Shown: one piece after another, positions 1 to 9,583 of the stretch
How positions within the stretch are numbered: position 1 is the stretch's first letter
Layout: each line of letters begins with the position of its first letter
The notes under the pieces: model-generated
Seen by the model: the letters and a program-made list of their open reading frames with translations, nothing else
Told to the model about the DNA's origin: nothing
The model's database searches: none
Translations under genes and position numbers: made by a program
Assembly (NCBI GenBank): GCA_021202015.1
Contig: JAJQDV010000032.1
Coordinates: 20,463-84,462 of the forward strand
Length of the DNA stretch: 64,000 bases
Direction: 5' to 3'
From: Clostridiales bacterium
GTDB taxonomy: Bacteria > Bacillota > Clostridia > Lachnospirales > Lachnospiraceae

Positions 1-4
1 AATT

Positions 5-1003
5 GTGCGCGATACGGTGCGTGAGATCGGTTATACGAACGGTGCGGGCGGCTATGACGCGGAGACGATCGCGGTACTTACTTCTATTGTAGAGCAGTCG
101 GCGGACATTGCCCTCGGCGTGGACCGGGCATATGAGTCAAAGCAGGAGGGCGTCACGGAGGATTACGGCACCGGGGCGGGTGACCAGGGAATCATTTTCG
201 GCTATGCAACGGATGAGACGCCGGAATATCTTCCGCCCGCCATTTCCTTCGCTCATCGTCTGGCACGGCAGCTGGCAAAGGTGAGGAAGGACGGGACGCT
301 TCCTTATCTCAGACCGGATGGAAAAACGCAGGTGACCGTTGAATTCGGGGAGGATGGAAGAACGGTGAAACGGATTCACACGATCGTCATCTCCACACAG
401 CATGAGGAATCCGTGAGTCTGGAGCAGATTCGCAGAGATATCATCGCGTTCGTGGTTCGTCCTGTCATCCCGGCAGAACTTCTGGATGAAGACACGATCT
501 ATTATGTGAATCCGACCGGACGGTTCGTGATCGGCGGCCCGCAGGGAGATGTCGGACTGACCGGCAGGAAGATCATCGTGGATACTTACGGCGGATCCGG
601 CCACCACGGCGGCGGCGCATTTTCGGGAAAGGATCCGACGAAGGTGGATCGCTCCGCGGCCTATGCGGCCAGATGGGTCGCGAAAAATCTGGTAGCTGCG
701 GGAGCGGCAAAGCGTGCGGAAGTGGAACTCGCCTATGCTATCGGTGTGGCAAAACCGGTATCCATATCCGTTGACACCTTCGGAACGGGAATCGTTTCGG
801 ATGAGAAGCTCGCCGGGGTGATTGAAACAGTCTTTGATTTAAGACCGGCAGCCATCATCGACATATTGGAACTGCGCAGACCGATTTATAAGCAGACGGC
901 GGCGTACGGGCATTTCGGCAGGACAGATATCGACCTGCCGTGGGAGCGGACGGACCGGGTGGAAGAAATCCGGAAGGCGCTGGACAGATCGGCCGGTAAA
1001 TAA
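5..1003 (+). CDS. metK: S-adenosylmethionine synthetase (5'-truncated by window edge)
   Basis: MetK motifs [64 protein letters not shown]. Confidence 0.97.
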   Translation: MRDTVREIGYTNGAGGYDAETIAVLTSIVEQSADIALGVDRAYESKQEGVTEDYGTGAGDQGIIFGYATDETPEYLPPAISFAHRLARQLAKVRKDGTLPYLRPDGKTQVTVEFGEDGRTVKRIHTIVISTQHEESVSLEQIRRDIIAFVVRPVIPAELLDEDTIYYVNPTGRFVIGGPQGDVGLTGRKIIVDTYGGSGHHGGGAFSGKDPTKVDRSAAYAARWVAKNLVAAGAAKRAEVELAYAIGVAKPVSISVDTFGTGIVSDEKLAGVIETVFDLRPAAIIDILELRRPIYKQTAAYGHFGRTDIDLPWERTDRVEEIRKALDRSAGK

Positions 1004-1055
1004 CAGGATCCGGTTTTGAGAACAGACATAATTACAGAAAGGAACAGAGACAGGT

Positions 1056-1931
1056 ATGGCCGAAAAAATCGGAAAACATATAGCAATTTACGGAAAGGGC
1101 GGGATCGGAAAGTCCACGACGACGTCTAATATCAGCGCGGCGCTGGCGGAGGCCGGATACCGGGTCATACAGATCGGATGCGATCCCAAGAGTGATTCGA
1201 CGAACACGCTGCGCGGAAACAATTATTTGCCTACCGTGCTGGACAGTTTGCGCGAAGGAAACAAAATACATCTGGATGATGTGTCAGTGAAAGGATACAG
1301 AGATGTGCTGTGTATCGAATCGGGCGGCCCGGTTCCAGGCGTCGGATGTGCGGGGCGCGGGATCAATGCGGCGGTCAGTCTGCTGCAGGAGCTGAATCTT
1401 TTTGAAGAGTTTAAACCGGATTTTGTCCTGTACGATGTATTGGGCGACGTGGTATGCGGAGGCTTTGCGGTACCGATCCGGGATGGGATCACAGACCGCG
1501 CCTATGTGGTGAGTTCCTCGGATTTCATGGCGGTGTACGCGGCAAACAATCTGTTTAAGGCGATTAATAAATATGCGCCGACAGGCGGTGCGAAACTGGG
1601 CGGAATCATCGCAAACAGTATTACGGCAGGTTATTCGAGGACGATCATCGATGATTTTTCAAAAAAAACCGGGACAGCGGTGGCCGGTTATGTGAACCGC
1701 TCATTGGTGGTTCAGCAGAGTGAACTGTACGGAAAGACAGTGATCGAGGCAAATCCTGAATCCGAACAGGCAGATATTTACCGCAAACTCGCAGCGTATA
1801 TCGCGGAGAACGAGGATCTGGTCGTTCCGAATCCGCTCGGAGTCAGTGAGCTGCGCGACTGGGCCAGAGACTGGGGCGACAAAATATATAATCTGGATGC
1901 CGGTGTGGTTTCCGGAGCGGAAGCAATATGA
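1056..1931 (+). CDS. NifH-like (Group IV nitrogenase-like) Fe protein / ATP-dependent reductase
   Basis: P-loop [34 protein letters not shown] and [13 protein letters not shown]; both [4Fe-4S] Cys ligands are retained. Confidence 0.95.
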   Translation: MAEKIGKHIAIYGKGGIGKSTTTSNISAALAEAGYRVIQIGCDPKSDSTNTLRGNNYLPTVLDSLREGNKIHLDDVSVKGYRDVLCIESGGPVPGVGCAGRGINAAVSLLQELNLFEEFKPDFVLYDVLGDVVCGGFAVPIRDGITDRAYVVSSSDFMAVYAANNLFKAINKYAPTGGAKLGGIIANSITAGYSRTIIDDFSKKTGTAVAGYVNRSLVVQQSELYGKTVIEANPESEQADIYRKLAAYIAENEDLVVPNPLGVSELRDWARDWGDKIYNLDAGVVSGAEAI

Positions 1932-2025
1932 TGCGGACTGCGGCAAGGCTTTTACAATCTGCGATTCGTGCGTCAGGCGGTGCAAGATGCATAAGTTATT
2001 TCATAAAAGAAAGGTGAACATATGA
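1897..2025 (+). CDS. Candidate 42-aa Cys-rich small protein [42 protein letters not shown] (absent from ORF track)
   Basis: Translated by hand. ATG at 1897, CX6CX2CX3C motif, and its TGA (2023-2025) overlaps the ATG (2022) of the NifD-like gene (ATGA coupling). The RBS is weak. Confidence 0.55.
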   Translation: MPVWFPERKQYDADCGKAFTICDSCVRRCKMHKLFHKRKVNI

Positions 2026-3428
2026 GTTTGACAGAAAAGAAAGCTCTGACAAGAGAAAAGAGGCTGAGCACCCTCAGCCATTATAACGGTTCTCTGGAGC
2101 AGCTTCGGGGGGATATAAAGGGATCGCAGATTAAACAGAGGATCCGAACGTTTTCCCAGGTTTCTGACGATGAAATCCTGTACGCGATCCGGGTTCTGAG
2201 CCGGATCGGACAATCCGCGATTGTCGTTCACGGGGCGGTGGGCTGCGCCGCTTCCGGGATTTATTTTAACAGTGAACATCCGCTGAACTGGTATTCTACG
2301 AATCTGAACGAGCGCGATACGATACTGGGCGGGGATGAGAAGCTTCGCAGAGCGATCCTCCGCGCTTATGAGGAACAGAATCCGGAGGTGATTTTTGTTA
2401 TCGGAACTCCGGTGGTTGCCATCAATAATGACGATATTAATTCCTGCATTCTGGAACTGGAAGCGGAGCTGGATGTGAAAATCCTGTCCATCTACACAGA
2501 CGGATTCAAGTCCAAAGCGCCGACGACCGGATACGATATCGTGCTTCACGCATTGCTGAACGGTGTGGTGAACAGGGAGAATATCGTGAAAGAAGATATT
2601 ATCAACGTGGTGACTGTGTCAGAGAACCGGGAGGACATTGCGTCGGTTGTAAAAATACTGAGGGATCTGGATATTCCCTACCGGCTTTTACCCCGGTATT
2701 CCACCATAGAAGAAATCCGGAATGCGGGAAACGCAAGGGCGTCCATCTGCCTGGATGCGGATGAGGGCGGTTCTTTTGCGGAGGGTCTCGCGGAGCTGAC
2801 CGGGGTGCCGTACATAAAAACGGACCCGCCGGTGGGTCTTCGGGGAACGAGGCAGTTTATCCGGAAGCTGGCGCAGGCATTGTCCATCGAAGACCGGGCG
2901 TCACAGTATATTGAAGAAAAAGAGGCTGTCGTACAGAAAAAAGTACAGCGGAGAATCTTTGCGGGCAGGAGCGTGTTTCTGGATACGCGGACGTCCCTGG
3001 CGGGAAATCTGGTTGATTTTACAGAGAGTCTCGGCGGACAGGTGGCGGGTCTTGCTGTCACTTATGTCGACCTGAACAATCGCAGCGTGATTGAAAAGCT
3101 GGACAGTCTGGCTAATGCTACGCCTGTGGTGATCGCGAACGGACAGCCTTTTGAAAAGGCAAACGCGTTGTCAAAGGATCATGTGCATTTTTATATCAGT
3201 ACAGAGGGTGATGTGGCTTTTGCGGCAAAGCAGGGAAGTATCCCCGTTTCCCTTTCCGACACAGCGATTCTGGGATATGAGGGGATCGAACAGTTTGCAG
3301 ACCGGATTATCCTCTCGGAAGCTGCCGTTGGGCTCGGGAAATATCTGCAGCAGGATAAGAATCCGTTTTACCGGACTTCCTGGCTGAAAAAAAGCGGCAA
3401 CTGGTATGTGAAGCAGGAGGTGAGGTAA
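2022..3428 (+). CDS. Nitrogenase component-1 family protein, NifD/NifE-like subunit (degenerate Cys pattern)
   Basis: IVVHGAVGC, STNLNERDTILGGDEKL, NNDDI, DGFKS and GYEG motifs of the oxidoreductase/nitrogenase component 1 fold; only 3 Cys in total. Confidence 0.9.
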   Translation: MSLTEKKALTREKRLSTLSHYNGSLEQLRGDIKGSQIKQRIRTFSQVSDDEILYAIRVLSRIGQSAIVVHGAVGCAASGIYFNSEHPLNWYSTNLNERDTILGGDEKLRRAILRAYEEQNPEVIFVIGTPVVAINNDDINSCILELEAELDVKILSIYTDGFKSKAPTTGYDIVLHALLNGVVNRENIVKEDIINVVTVSENREDIASVVKILRDLDIPYRLLPRYSTIEEIRNAGNARASICLDADEGGSFAEGLAELTGVPYIKTDPPVGLRGTRQFIRKLAQALSIEDRASQYIEEKEAVVQKKVQRRIFAGRSVFLDTRTSLAGNLVDFTESLGGQVAGLAVTYVDLNNRSVIEKLDSLANATPVVIANGQPFEKANALSKDHVHFYISTEGDVAFAAKQGSIPVSLSDTAILGYEGIEQFADRIILSEAAVGLGKYLQQDKNPFYRTSWLKKSGNWYVKQEVR

Positions 3429-4765
3429 TGCAGACAGTGATTGAGAATCCCAGAAACGGCTGCGGGATGCATGGCGTGCTCCAGACCGTACAGGAGATCC
3501 GGGGCGTCGTACCCATTGTACACTCGAACGCAGGCTGCGCAGTCTCCAATTATCTGGCAAACCGGGCTTCCGGTTCGGGAAACGGCTATGTCAGCGGCTA
3601 TGACATTCCGGGAACGAATGTACAGGAACGGCATGTGATCTTCGGCGGAGCCTCCCGGCTTCGGGAGCAGATCAAGAACACTCTGAAAGTGGCGGATGGC
3701 AGGCTCTACATTGTACTGAACAGCTGTGAATCCGCCATGGTCGGGGATGATGTGGACGCCATGACCCGGGAAGCGCAGGAACAGCATGAGAGCGTCATCG
3801 ATTCCCTGACGGCGGGTTTTCACGGAGACAGCCATTTCGGATATGAGAGTGTACTGGTGGACATTATCCGACAGCTTCCGACTGTAAGACCTGTTCCGGA
3901 GGAAAACATACCGAACCTTGTAAATGTTTTCGGAATCGTGCCGCAGAAGGATGTCTGTTTTAAGGGAAACCTGGAGGAAATCAGACGGATCCTGGAGGGA
4001 ATCGGCGTAAAGGCCAATATCTTTTTCGGCTTCGAGGACGGGACAGAGGAATTTGCGAAAGCCCCTGCGGCCAGCCTGAATCTGGTCTTTTCAAAATGGG
4101 GAATCCGGGCGGCAAAGGAACTTGAAAAGCTGTACAAAACGCAGTATCTCGTCTTCCCGTACATACCGACCGGAATTCGGGAAGTGCGGGCGTTTGCGGA
4201 GGAGATCCTTGATAAGCTGGCTCTGGATCCGGAACCGGCGGATCGTTTTCTGGAAGAGGAGGAGCGGCAGTTTCGCTATTATCTCAGCGGAATTGCGGAA
4301 AGCTTTTACAGAGAAAATGCGGGAAGACGGATTGCAATCGTGGGCGATGAGAGCGATGTGCGCCGATATTCCTCGTATCTGAGCGAATATCTGGGTGCTG
4401 TCGTAACGGACGCCGTCATCACGGATGATTTTCCGGATGGCGAGACGACACAGAATGAGCGGGCGGAAGCGTTAAAGGACGTCGCCGGGCAGGTTTGTTT
4501 TTCGCAGGACAGCGCGGAAATCGCGAAAATCATAAAAAACAGCGAGGCACAGCTGATTCTGGCCAGCTCGCTGGAGGATGAGGCGGCGGGCAGGAAGGGC
4601 ATCCCGAATCTGGCCGTGTCCTACCCGGTATACGGAAAAGCGATTCTTACAAAAAGTCATGCGGGGATTCACGGAGCACTGACTCTCACTGAGGATTATA
4701 TGACGAAAATCAAAGAGAGCAGTCAGGCGAGGGAAAGGGAACTGGAAGCGTTTCTTATCTCATAG
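3428..4765 (+). CDS. Nitrogenase component-1 family protein, NifK/NifN-like subunit
   Basis: ENPRNGC, HSNAGC, NSCESAMVGDD (three NifK-type Cys) and TNVQERHVIFGGASRL; start overlaps upstream stop (TAATG). Confidence 0.9.
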   Translation: MQTVIENPRNGCGMHGVLQTVQEIRGVVPIVHSNAGCAVSNYLANRASGSGNGYVSGYDIPGTNVQERHVIFGGASRLREQIKNTLKVADGRLYIVLNSCESAMVGDDVDAMTREAQEQHESVIDSLTAGFHGDSHFGYESVLVDIIRQLPTVRPVPEENIPNLVNVFGIVPQKDVCFKGNLEEIRRILEGIGVKANIFFGFEDGTEEFAKAPAASLNLVFSKWGIRAAKELEKLYKTQYLVFPYIPTGIREVRAFAEEILDKLALDPEPADRFLEEEERQFRYYLSGIAESFYRENAGRRIAIVGDESDVRRYSSYLSEYLGAVVTDAVITDDFPDGETTQNERAEALKDVAGQVCFSQDSAEIAKIIKNSEAQLILASSLEDEAAGRKGIPNLAVSYPVYGKAILTKSHAGIHGALTLTEDYMTKIKESSQARERELEAFLIS

Positions 4766-4792
4766 GACGAACTTTCCCATGAGATAAAAAAC
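4746..4792 (-). repeat. Truncated inverted copy (A) of the multi-hairpin element, overlapping the NifK-like stop codon
   Basis: AGCGTTTCTTATCTCATAGGACGAACTTTCCCATGAGATAAAAAA is the reverse complement of the copy B first hairpin with 2 mismatches. Confidence 0.8.
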
Positions 4793-4864
4793 ATAAATCG
4801 CTGCATTCCGGAGCGGGGCAGACGATTCACGCGGAAAAACCTGAGAAATAAGGAAAGAGAGGAA

Positions 4865-5332
4865 ATGAACATGGCCTGGAACAGGGAAGAAATAATAAAC
4901 TACATAAAGGACAGCAGAAGTCTGGTGCTGGCGACCGTGGATGAAAACGGATTCGCGCAGCTGCGGTCAATCGGAGGGTATGGTGCGGATGGTCTGCAGG
5001 TGTATTTCGGCACGGCAAAGACGAGCGGGAAGGTGAAACAGATTGAGCAAAACCCTCATGTCGCCCTGCTTTTTCAGCACGAGGGACAGCAGGTTCCGAA
5101 AAATGTCACGCTGTACGGAACGGCGGCTGTTCTGGGAGAGGAAGAGTTTGAATCCGGGGCAGCGGTGATTCGGGAGAGAAGGCCTCAGATTGCTTTTCAG
5201 AAAGAGGAAAGCAATCTATACAGGGTCGATGTTGAAAAAGTAAAAATACTTGATTTCGGAAGTGAGACGAAGATCAAAGAAGTCCGCGCGGAGGAACTGC
5301 GCCGGACAACGGATTCAGGAGGTTCAAAATGA
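4865..5332 (+). CDS. Pyridoxamine 5'-phosphate oxidase-like FMN-binding split-barrel protein
   Basis: LVLATVDENG..LRSI, YFGTAKTSGKVKQIEQNPHVAL pattern; stop overlaps next start (ATGA). Confidence 0.8.
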   Translation: MNMAWNREEIINYIKDSRSLVLATVDENGFAQLRSIGGYGADGLQVYFGTAKTSGKVKQIEQNPHVALLFQHEGQQVPKNVTLYGTAAVLGEEEFESGAAVIRERRPQIAFQKEESNLYRVDVEKVKILDFGSETKIKEVRAEELRRTTDSGGSK

Positions 5333-6396
5333 TAACGATGAAATGGAAAAGTATGAGCGCATTACTGCTTGCGGGAGTTGTTCTGCTTGCGGGCTGCGGC
5401 AGTTCAGACAGCGGTACAACCGCGGAAAGCGGCGGGGAGGAGGGTACGGTCAGTGTGACGGATGAGACAGCGGGCTCTACGAATGAGGAATTCACGGTAC
5501 GCGTAGGCGTAAATTCAGGAGATCAGAATTCAATTCTGAAAATTGTCGATGAGCATACCGGACTGTTCTCAGATAAAGGAATTCATCTGGAAACAACTGA
5601 ATTTGCTGCGGGAATCAATACGATCGACGCCATAGAGCTGGATCAGGTTGATATCGGACTTTTTGCCGATTATGCGGGAGTAAACAGATTCGGAAACACA
5701 TCCGGCAGCTCAGAGCTTCGTGCATTTACGCAAATGACAAAATCAGATGCATGGGATCTGTATGTCAATCCAGATGCGATTCAGAAACCGGAGGATCTGT
5801 ATGACGCCAGTCTGATTTCGTCTGCGGGTGTTGTATTCGAATATTATTATGCAAGGCTTTTTGAAGTGTATGGGCTGGATATATCAGAGGTAACACTTCA
5901 AAATGTTACAAGCACACAGGAAGCACTGGCGCTGGCGGCTGCCGGAACAGGCGATGCCTATTGGTGCAGTTCACAGACGGCTTCCCTTTTTGAAAAATAC
6001 GGATGGGAACCGTTTGTATCCATAAGTGATATAGATGCAGCCATGTACACATTTATGGTGGCCGGAGAGTCATATCTGACGGAACATAGCGACGAGGTGA
6101 TTCGTTTCCTTGAAGTAAGCGAAGAAGGATTTGAATATATTGCGGAGAATCTGGAGCAGGTTGCTCAGTGGGTAGAGGATGATCTGGGACTTGATCAGGA
6201 GCTGTTTATCAGTGATTGGGAAAGCACGGAACATGTATATGAATTTACCCAGGAAGCCTATGATGATCTGGTCAGTGTCAAGGACTGGTGCTATCAGAAC
6301 GGGAAATTTGATACGGATTTTGATATTTCTGATTTTATCAATACAGATGTATTGAAGCAGATGGATCCGGACAGAGTCACGTATACAGCAGAATAA
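5329..6396 (+). CDS. ABC transporter substrate-binding lipoprotein, SsuA/TauA/NMT1 (sulfonate/nitrate) type
   Basis: Signal peptide with lipobox LLAGC; GLFSDKGIHLETTEFAAGINTIDAIELDQVDIG resembles the SsuA-family N-terminal segment. Confidence 0.8.
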   Translation: MITMKWKSMSALLLAGVVLLAGCGSSDSGTTAESGGEEGTVSVTDETAGSTNEEFTVRVGVNSGDQNSILKIVDEHTGLFSDKGIHLETTEFAAGINTIDAIELDQVDIGLFADYAGVNRFGNTSGSSELRAFTQMTKSDAWDLYVNPDAIQKPEDLYDASLISSAGVVFEYYYARLFEVYGLDISEVTLQNVTSTQEALALAAAGTGDAYWCSSQTASLFEKYGWEPFVSISDIDAAMYTFMVAGESYLTEHSDEVIRFLEVSEEGFEYIAENLEQVAQWVEDDLGLDQELFISDWESTEHVYEFTQEAYDDLVSVKDWCYQNGKFDTDFDISDFINTDVLKQMDPDRVTYTAE

Positions 6397-6443
6397 CCGG
6401 CGCCTTTTGCTTTTCGGAATGATGCGGTGAAGGAGATCAAAGG

Positions 6444-7505
6444 ATGTACATAGAATTAAAGCATATTAATAAAACGTTCGGAAATTTCAAAGCATCTGAC
6501 GATGTGAGTTTTGGAATCGAAAAAGGGAAACTGGTCGCGCTTCTGGGACCGAGCGGAAGCGGAAAGACTACCATCCTGCGCATGATTGCCGGTCTGGAGC
6601 ATCAGGACGACGGAGATATCTGTATTGATGGAAAATGTGTGAACCGCGTGCCGGTGCGGGAACGGGAAATCGGATTTGTGTTTCAGAATTACGCTCTTTT
6701 TCCTTATCTGACGGTATACGACAATATTGCATACGGTTTGAAGGCGAGAAAGAAGGATAAAGCGGCTGTCAGGGAGCGGGTCACAGAACTGTTGGAGCTG
6801 GTGGGTCTTCCGGGACTGGAGAAGCGATATCCGTCCCAGCTCTCCGGCGGTCAGAAGCAGCGGGTGGCCTTTGCCAGGGCACTGGCGCCGCAGCCGCATG
6901 TTCTGCTGCTGGACGAACCGTTTGCCGCTATTGACGCGAAGGTTCGCAAAGAACTTCGGAGCTGGCTGAAGGAGATGATCGGAAAAATCGGCATCACCAG
7001 TATCTTTGTGACCCACGACCAGGACGAGGCCGTGGAGGTGGCTGACGAGATCATTGTGACGAATCTGGGTCGGGTGGAGCAGGTGGGAAAACCGACGGAT
7101 ATCTATAAACATCCGCAGACGCTGTTTGTGGCGCAGTTTATCGGGGAATCCACGTTGCTGACCGATTACGATCGGATCAAAGGGTTTGATATCTATAACG
7201 GAAAGCGAACGGCGATCATCCGGCCGGAATTTGTGAAGGTGATAAAGTATGGGTCAGTAAAGCAGTATGAGAGCCTGTATGCGGAAGGCGTGGTGGAGCA
7301 GATCTCCTTTGGTGGAAATTGCATGGAGCTGCTTGTGAATGTAAACGGTATCCGCATAAAAGCCAGGCAGTCTCTGGAAGAAGAACCTTTCGAAAAAGGA
7401 GAAAAGGTAGAGGTGATTGTATACCGCCTGTATGTGGTGGATGAAAATGAAGCGCATCTTTTGCAGAATAAAGGGATGCAGGAGCAGGGAATGTTTTATA
7501 TTTAG
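6444..7505 (+). CDS. cysA: ABC ATP-binding protein, CysA (sulfate/thiosulfate)-type with C-terminal TOBE-like extension
   Basis: Walker A GPSGSGKT, FVFQNYALF, signature LSGGQKQR, Walker B LLLDEPF, VTHDQDEA, FVAQFIGE; 353 aa. Confidence 0.75.
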   Translation: MYIELKHINKTFGNFKASDDVSFGIEKGKLVALLGPSGSGKTTILRMIAGLEHQDDGDICIDGKCVNRVPVREREIGFVFQNYALFPYLTVYDNIAYGLKARKKDKAAVRERVTELLELVGLPGLEKRYPSQLSGGQKQRVAFARALAPQPHVLLLDEPFAAIDAKVRKELRSWLKEMIGKIGITSIFVTHDQDEAVEVADEIIVTNLGRVEQVGKPTDIYKHPQTLFVAQFIGESTLLTDYDRIKGFDIYNGKRTAIIRPEFVKVIKYGSVKQYESLYAEGVVEQISFGGNCMELLVNVNGIRIKARQSLEEEPFEKGEKVEVIVYRLYVVDENEAHLLQNKGMQEQGMFYI

Positions 7506-7524
7506 AAAAGAAAGGAAGAAAAAA

Positions 7525-8748
7525 ATGTCAGAAGCAATCAGCAGAAAAGAATTTTACAGAGAGGTGGAACTGGGAGAACGGATCGGAAATGATGGCATCG
7601 ATTTCGGGGAAGGCGTGCTGGAAAGTCTGGACTTTGAAAATAAGGTTCAGGAGCAGATCCGGGCATGCTTTGATATGAACCATGAGTCTTACGTAAAGAA
7701 TAGGCTTCCTTCCGGGGTCAGACTGCCCAGCAACTATCGTCTGGGGGTTCCTTATCGAAACGGAGCTCCGTTTCATATTGAACTGGAAGGCGGAAGATAC
7801 CTGCTGTACGATAAAAAGAATTTCCTGTATGAGGTAACTTTTATAGAGAAACCTGCGTTTTACAATAAGAAAACGTCAGATGGCGTGAACATGAGCACCA
7901 TCGCCAATGAGATCGGAAAAACGAAAATCTCAGTGGCGTACAGCAATGAATGCGCGCTGCGTGACAAAGGGCTTGACTGCAAATTCTGCAACATTAACGC
8001 CACAAAAGACCGATTTGCACAGCTGCAGGGAATTGAGTGGAAAAACCCGAAACAGATCGCGGAGACCGTGAAAGAGGCCTATGCGGAGGGGTATCAGAGG
8101 ATTACGATTACCGGCGGATTTATACCGGAGCGCAGGGAAGTGGAATATTACATTGATGTGGCGGAGGAAATCCGTGATCTGACCGGACTGGATGATTTTG
8201 GGGGAACCGCGTGTGTGGGAGCCCCGGCGGATCTGAGCGTGATCGAGAAATATAAAGAGGCCGGATACAGCGCCATCTCTTCCAATATGGAGATCTGGGA
8301 TGAAAATATTTTTAAGACGATCTGCCCGGGGAAAGATCAGATCTGCGGAGGACGGCAGAACTGGATAGAGGCGCTGAAAGAGGAAGTGCGGGTATTCGGG
8401 AAAGGTAATGTGAGATCCTTCTTTGTGGCCGGGATTGAGCCGAAATCCACATTGCTCGAGGGAATTGAGTACCTGGCGTCTCTGGGCGTGGTCGCAATCC
8501 CGCTGCACTGGCTTCCGAATCCGGGATCGGAGCTGGAGGGACATCGGGCGCCCAAAGCGGAATGGTACACGGATCTTTATCAGAAGACATACAACATTTT
8601 AAAGAAAAACGGGCTTACGCATCTGGATCTTTACCGCTCCGCAAATGTAGAAAATTCAATTTTTGATTATCTTTATGATATGGACGGGGATCTTCTCCCG
8701 TTCGAGCGCCACAATGCGGATGCCGTACAATTTCTGCCCGCGGTGTAA
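7525..8748 (+). CDS. Radical SAM enzyme with non-canonical CX8CX2C motif
   Basis: ECALRDKGLDCKFC; ITITGG, SSNMEIWD..FKTICPGK. Start placed at ATG 7525 after an AGGAAG RBS. Confidence 0.85.
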   Translation: MSEAISRKEFYREVELGERIGNDGIDFGEGVLESLDFENKVQEQIRACFDMNHESYVKNRLPSGVRLPSNYRLGVPYRNGAPFHIELEGGRYLLYDKKNFLYEVTFIEKPAFYNKKTSDGVNMSTIANEIGKTKISVAYSNECALRDKGLDCKFCNINATKDRFAQLQGIEWKNPKQIAETVKEAYAEGYQRITITGGFIPERREVEYYIDVAEEIRDLTGLDDFGGTACVGAPADLSVIEKYKEAGYSAISSNMEIWDENIFKTICPGKDQICGGRQNWIEALKEEVRVFGKGNVRSFFVAGIEPKSTLLEGIEYLASLGVVAIPLHWLPNPGSELEGHRAPKAEWYTDLYQKTYNILKKNGLTHLDLYRSANVENSIFDYLYDMDGDLLPFERHNADAVQFLPAV

Positions 8749-8759
8749 GGGAAGCGTAA

Positions 8760-9533
8760 ATGGATATGAAGAAAGACAGGAAGATATTTGACAGAATTTT
8801 AAAATGCGGCGTCGTCACATGGATTCTTCTGGTGTTGATCTGGCAGTTCGGATCACTGTTTTACAGTGATGATTTTCTCCCCGGACCGCTTGTAACACTG
8901 GCAGGAGCAGGGAAACTGGTGGCGAACGGCACTCTGTGGGAGGATATCCTGATCAGTCTGCAGCGTGTATTGAAGGGGTGGATTCTGGGAATCGCGGTTG
9001 CGATTCCCCTGGGATTGTGCATCGGATACTTCAAAAAGGTCGGTTATCTTCTGGAGCCTTTTCTGAATTTTTTCCGCTTTATCCCTGCCATCGGTCTTAT
9101 TACGCTGTTTCTGATGTGGTTCGGTGTGGGAGAAACATCCAAGGTCGCCCTGATTTTTTATGCGGTGATTTTTCCGGTGATGATTAATACGATCGCGGGA
9201 GTTAAGACGGTAGACCCGGCTTTGGTGGAAGCGGCCGAGTCCCTGGGTTCTGCGGATGTCCGGACATTTTTCACTGTGATCGTTCCTTCTGCCGTACCGA
9301 ATATTTTTACGGGAGTACGTCTGGGGCTGAGCAGTGCCATCATATGTATTGTGGCGGCTGAGATGCTGGCCGCGTCGGAAGGACTGGGATATCTGATCTA
9401 TACCTCCAGACTATATTACAGAACAGACTGGATCTTTGTCGGCATTTTCACGCTTGGGATTCTCGGGTTCCTGGCTGACAGACTGCTGCAGTTTCTGGGA
9501 AAAAGGTTTCTGAAAAGATTTGGCGTAAAGTGA
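8760..9533 (+). CDS. ABC permease, SsuC/TauC type
   Basis: ISLQRVLKGW..GI, LEPFLNFFRFIPAIG, EAAESLG (EAA motif), IVAAEMLAASEGLGYLI. Confidence 0.9.
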   Translation: MDMKKDRKIFDRILKCGVVTWILLVLIWQFGSLFYSDDFLPGPLVTLAGAGKLVANGTLWEDILISLQRVLKGWILGIAVAIPLGLCIGYFKKVGYLLEPFLNFFRFIPAIGLITLFLMWFGVGETSKVALIFYAVIFPVMINTIAGVKTVDPALVEAAESLGSADVRTFFTVIVPSAVPNIFTGVRLGLSSAIICIVAAEMLAASEGLGYLIYTSRLYYRTDWIFVGIFTLGILGFLADRLLQFLGKRFLKRFGVK

Positions 9534-9583
9534 GGGAAAATGAGACATAAATAAGCCATCCATCATAATAATCTATAAACCCG

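Noticed and set aside
1056-4765. Genuine nitrogen-fixing nifHDK cluster
   Set aside because: The D-like subunit lacks two P-cluster Cys and the FeMo-co His, there is no nifB/E/N, and the context is sulfur uptake rather than nitrogen regulation.
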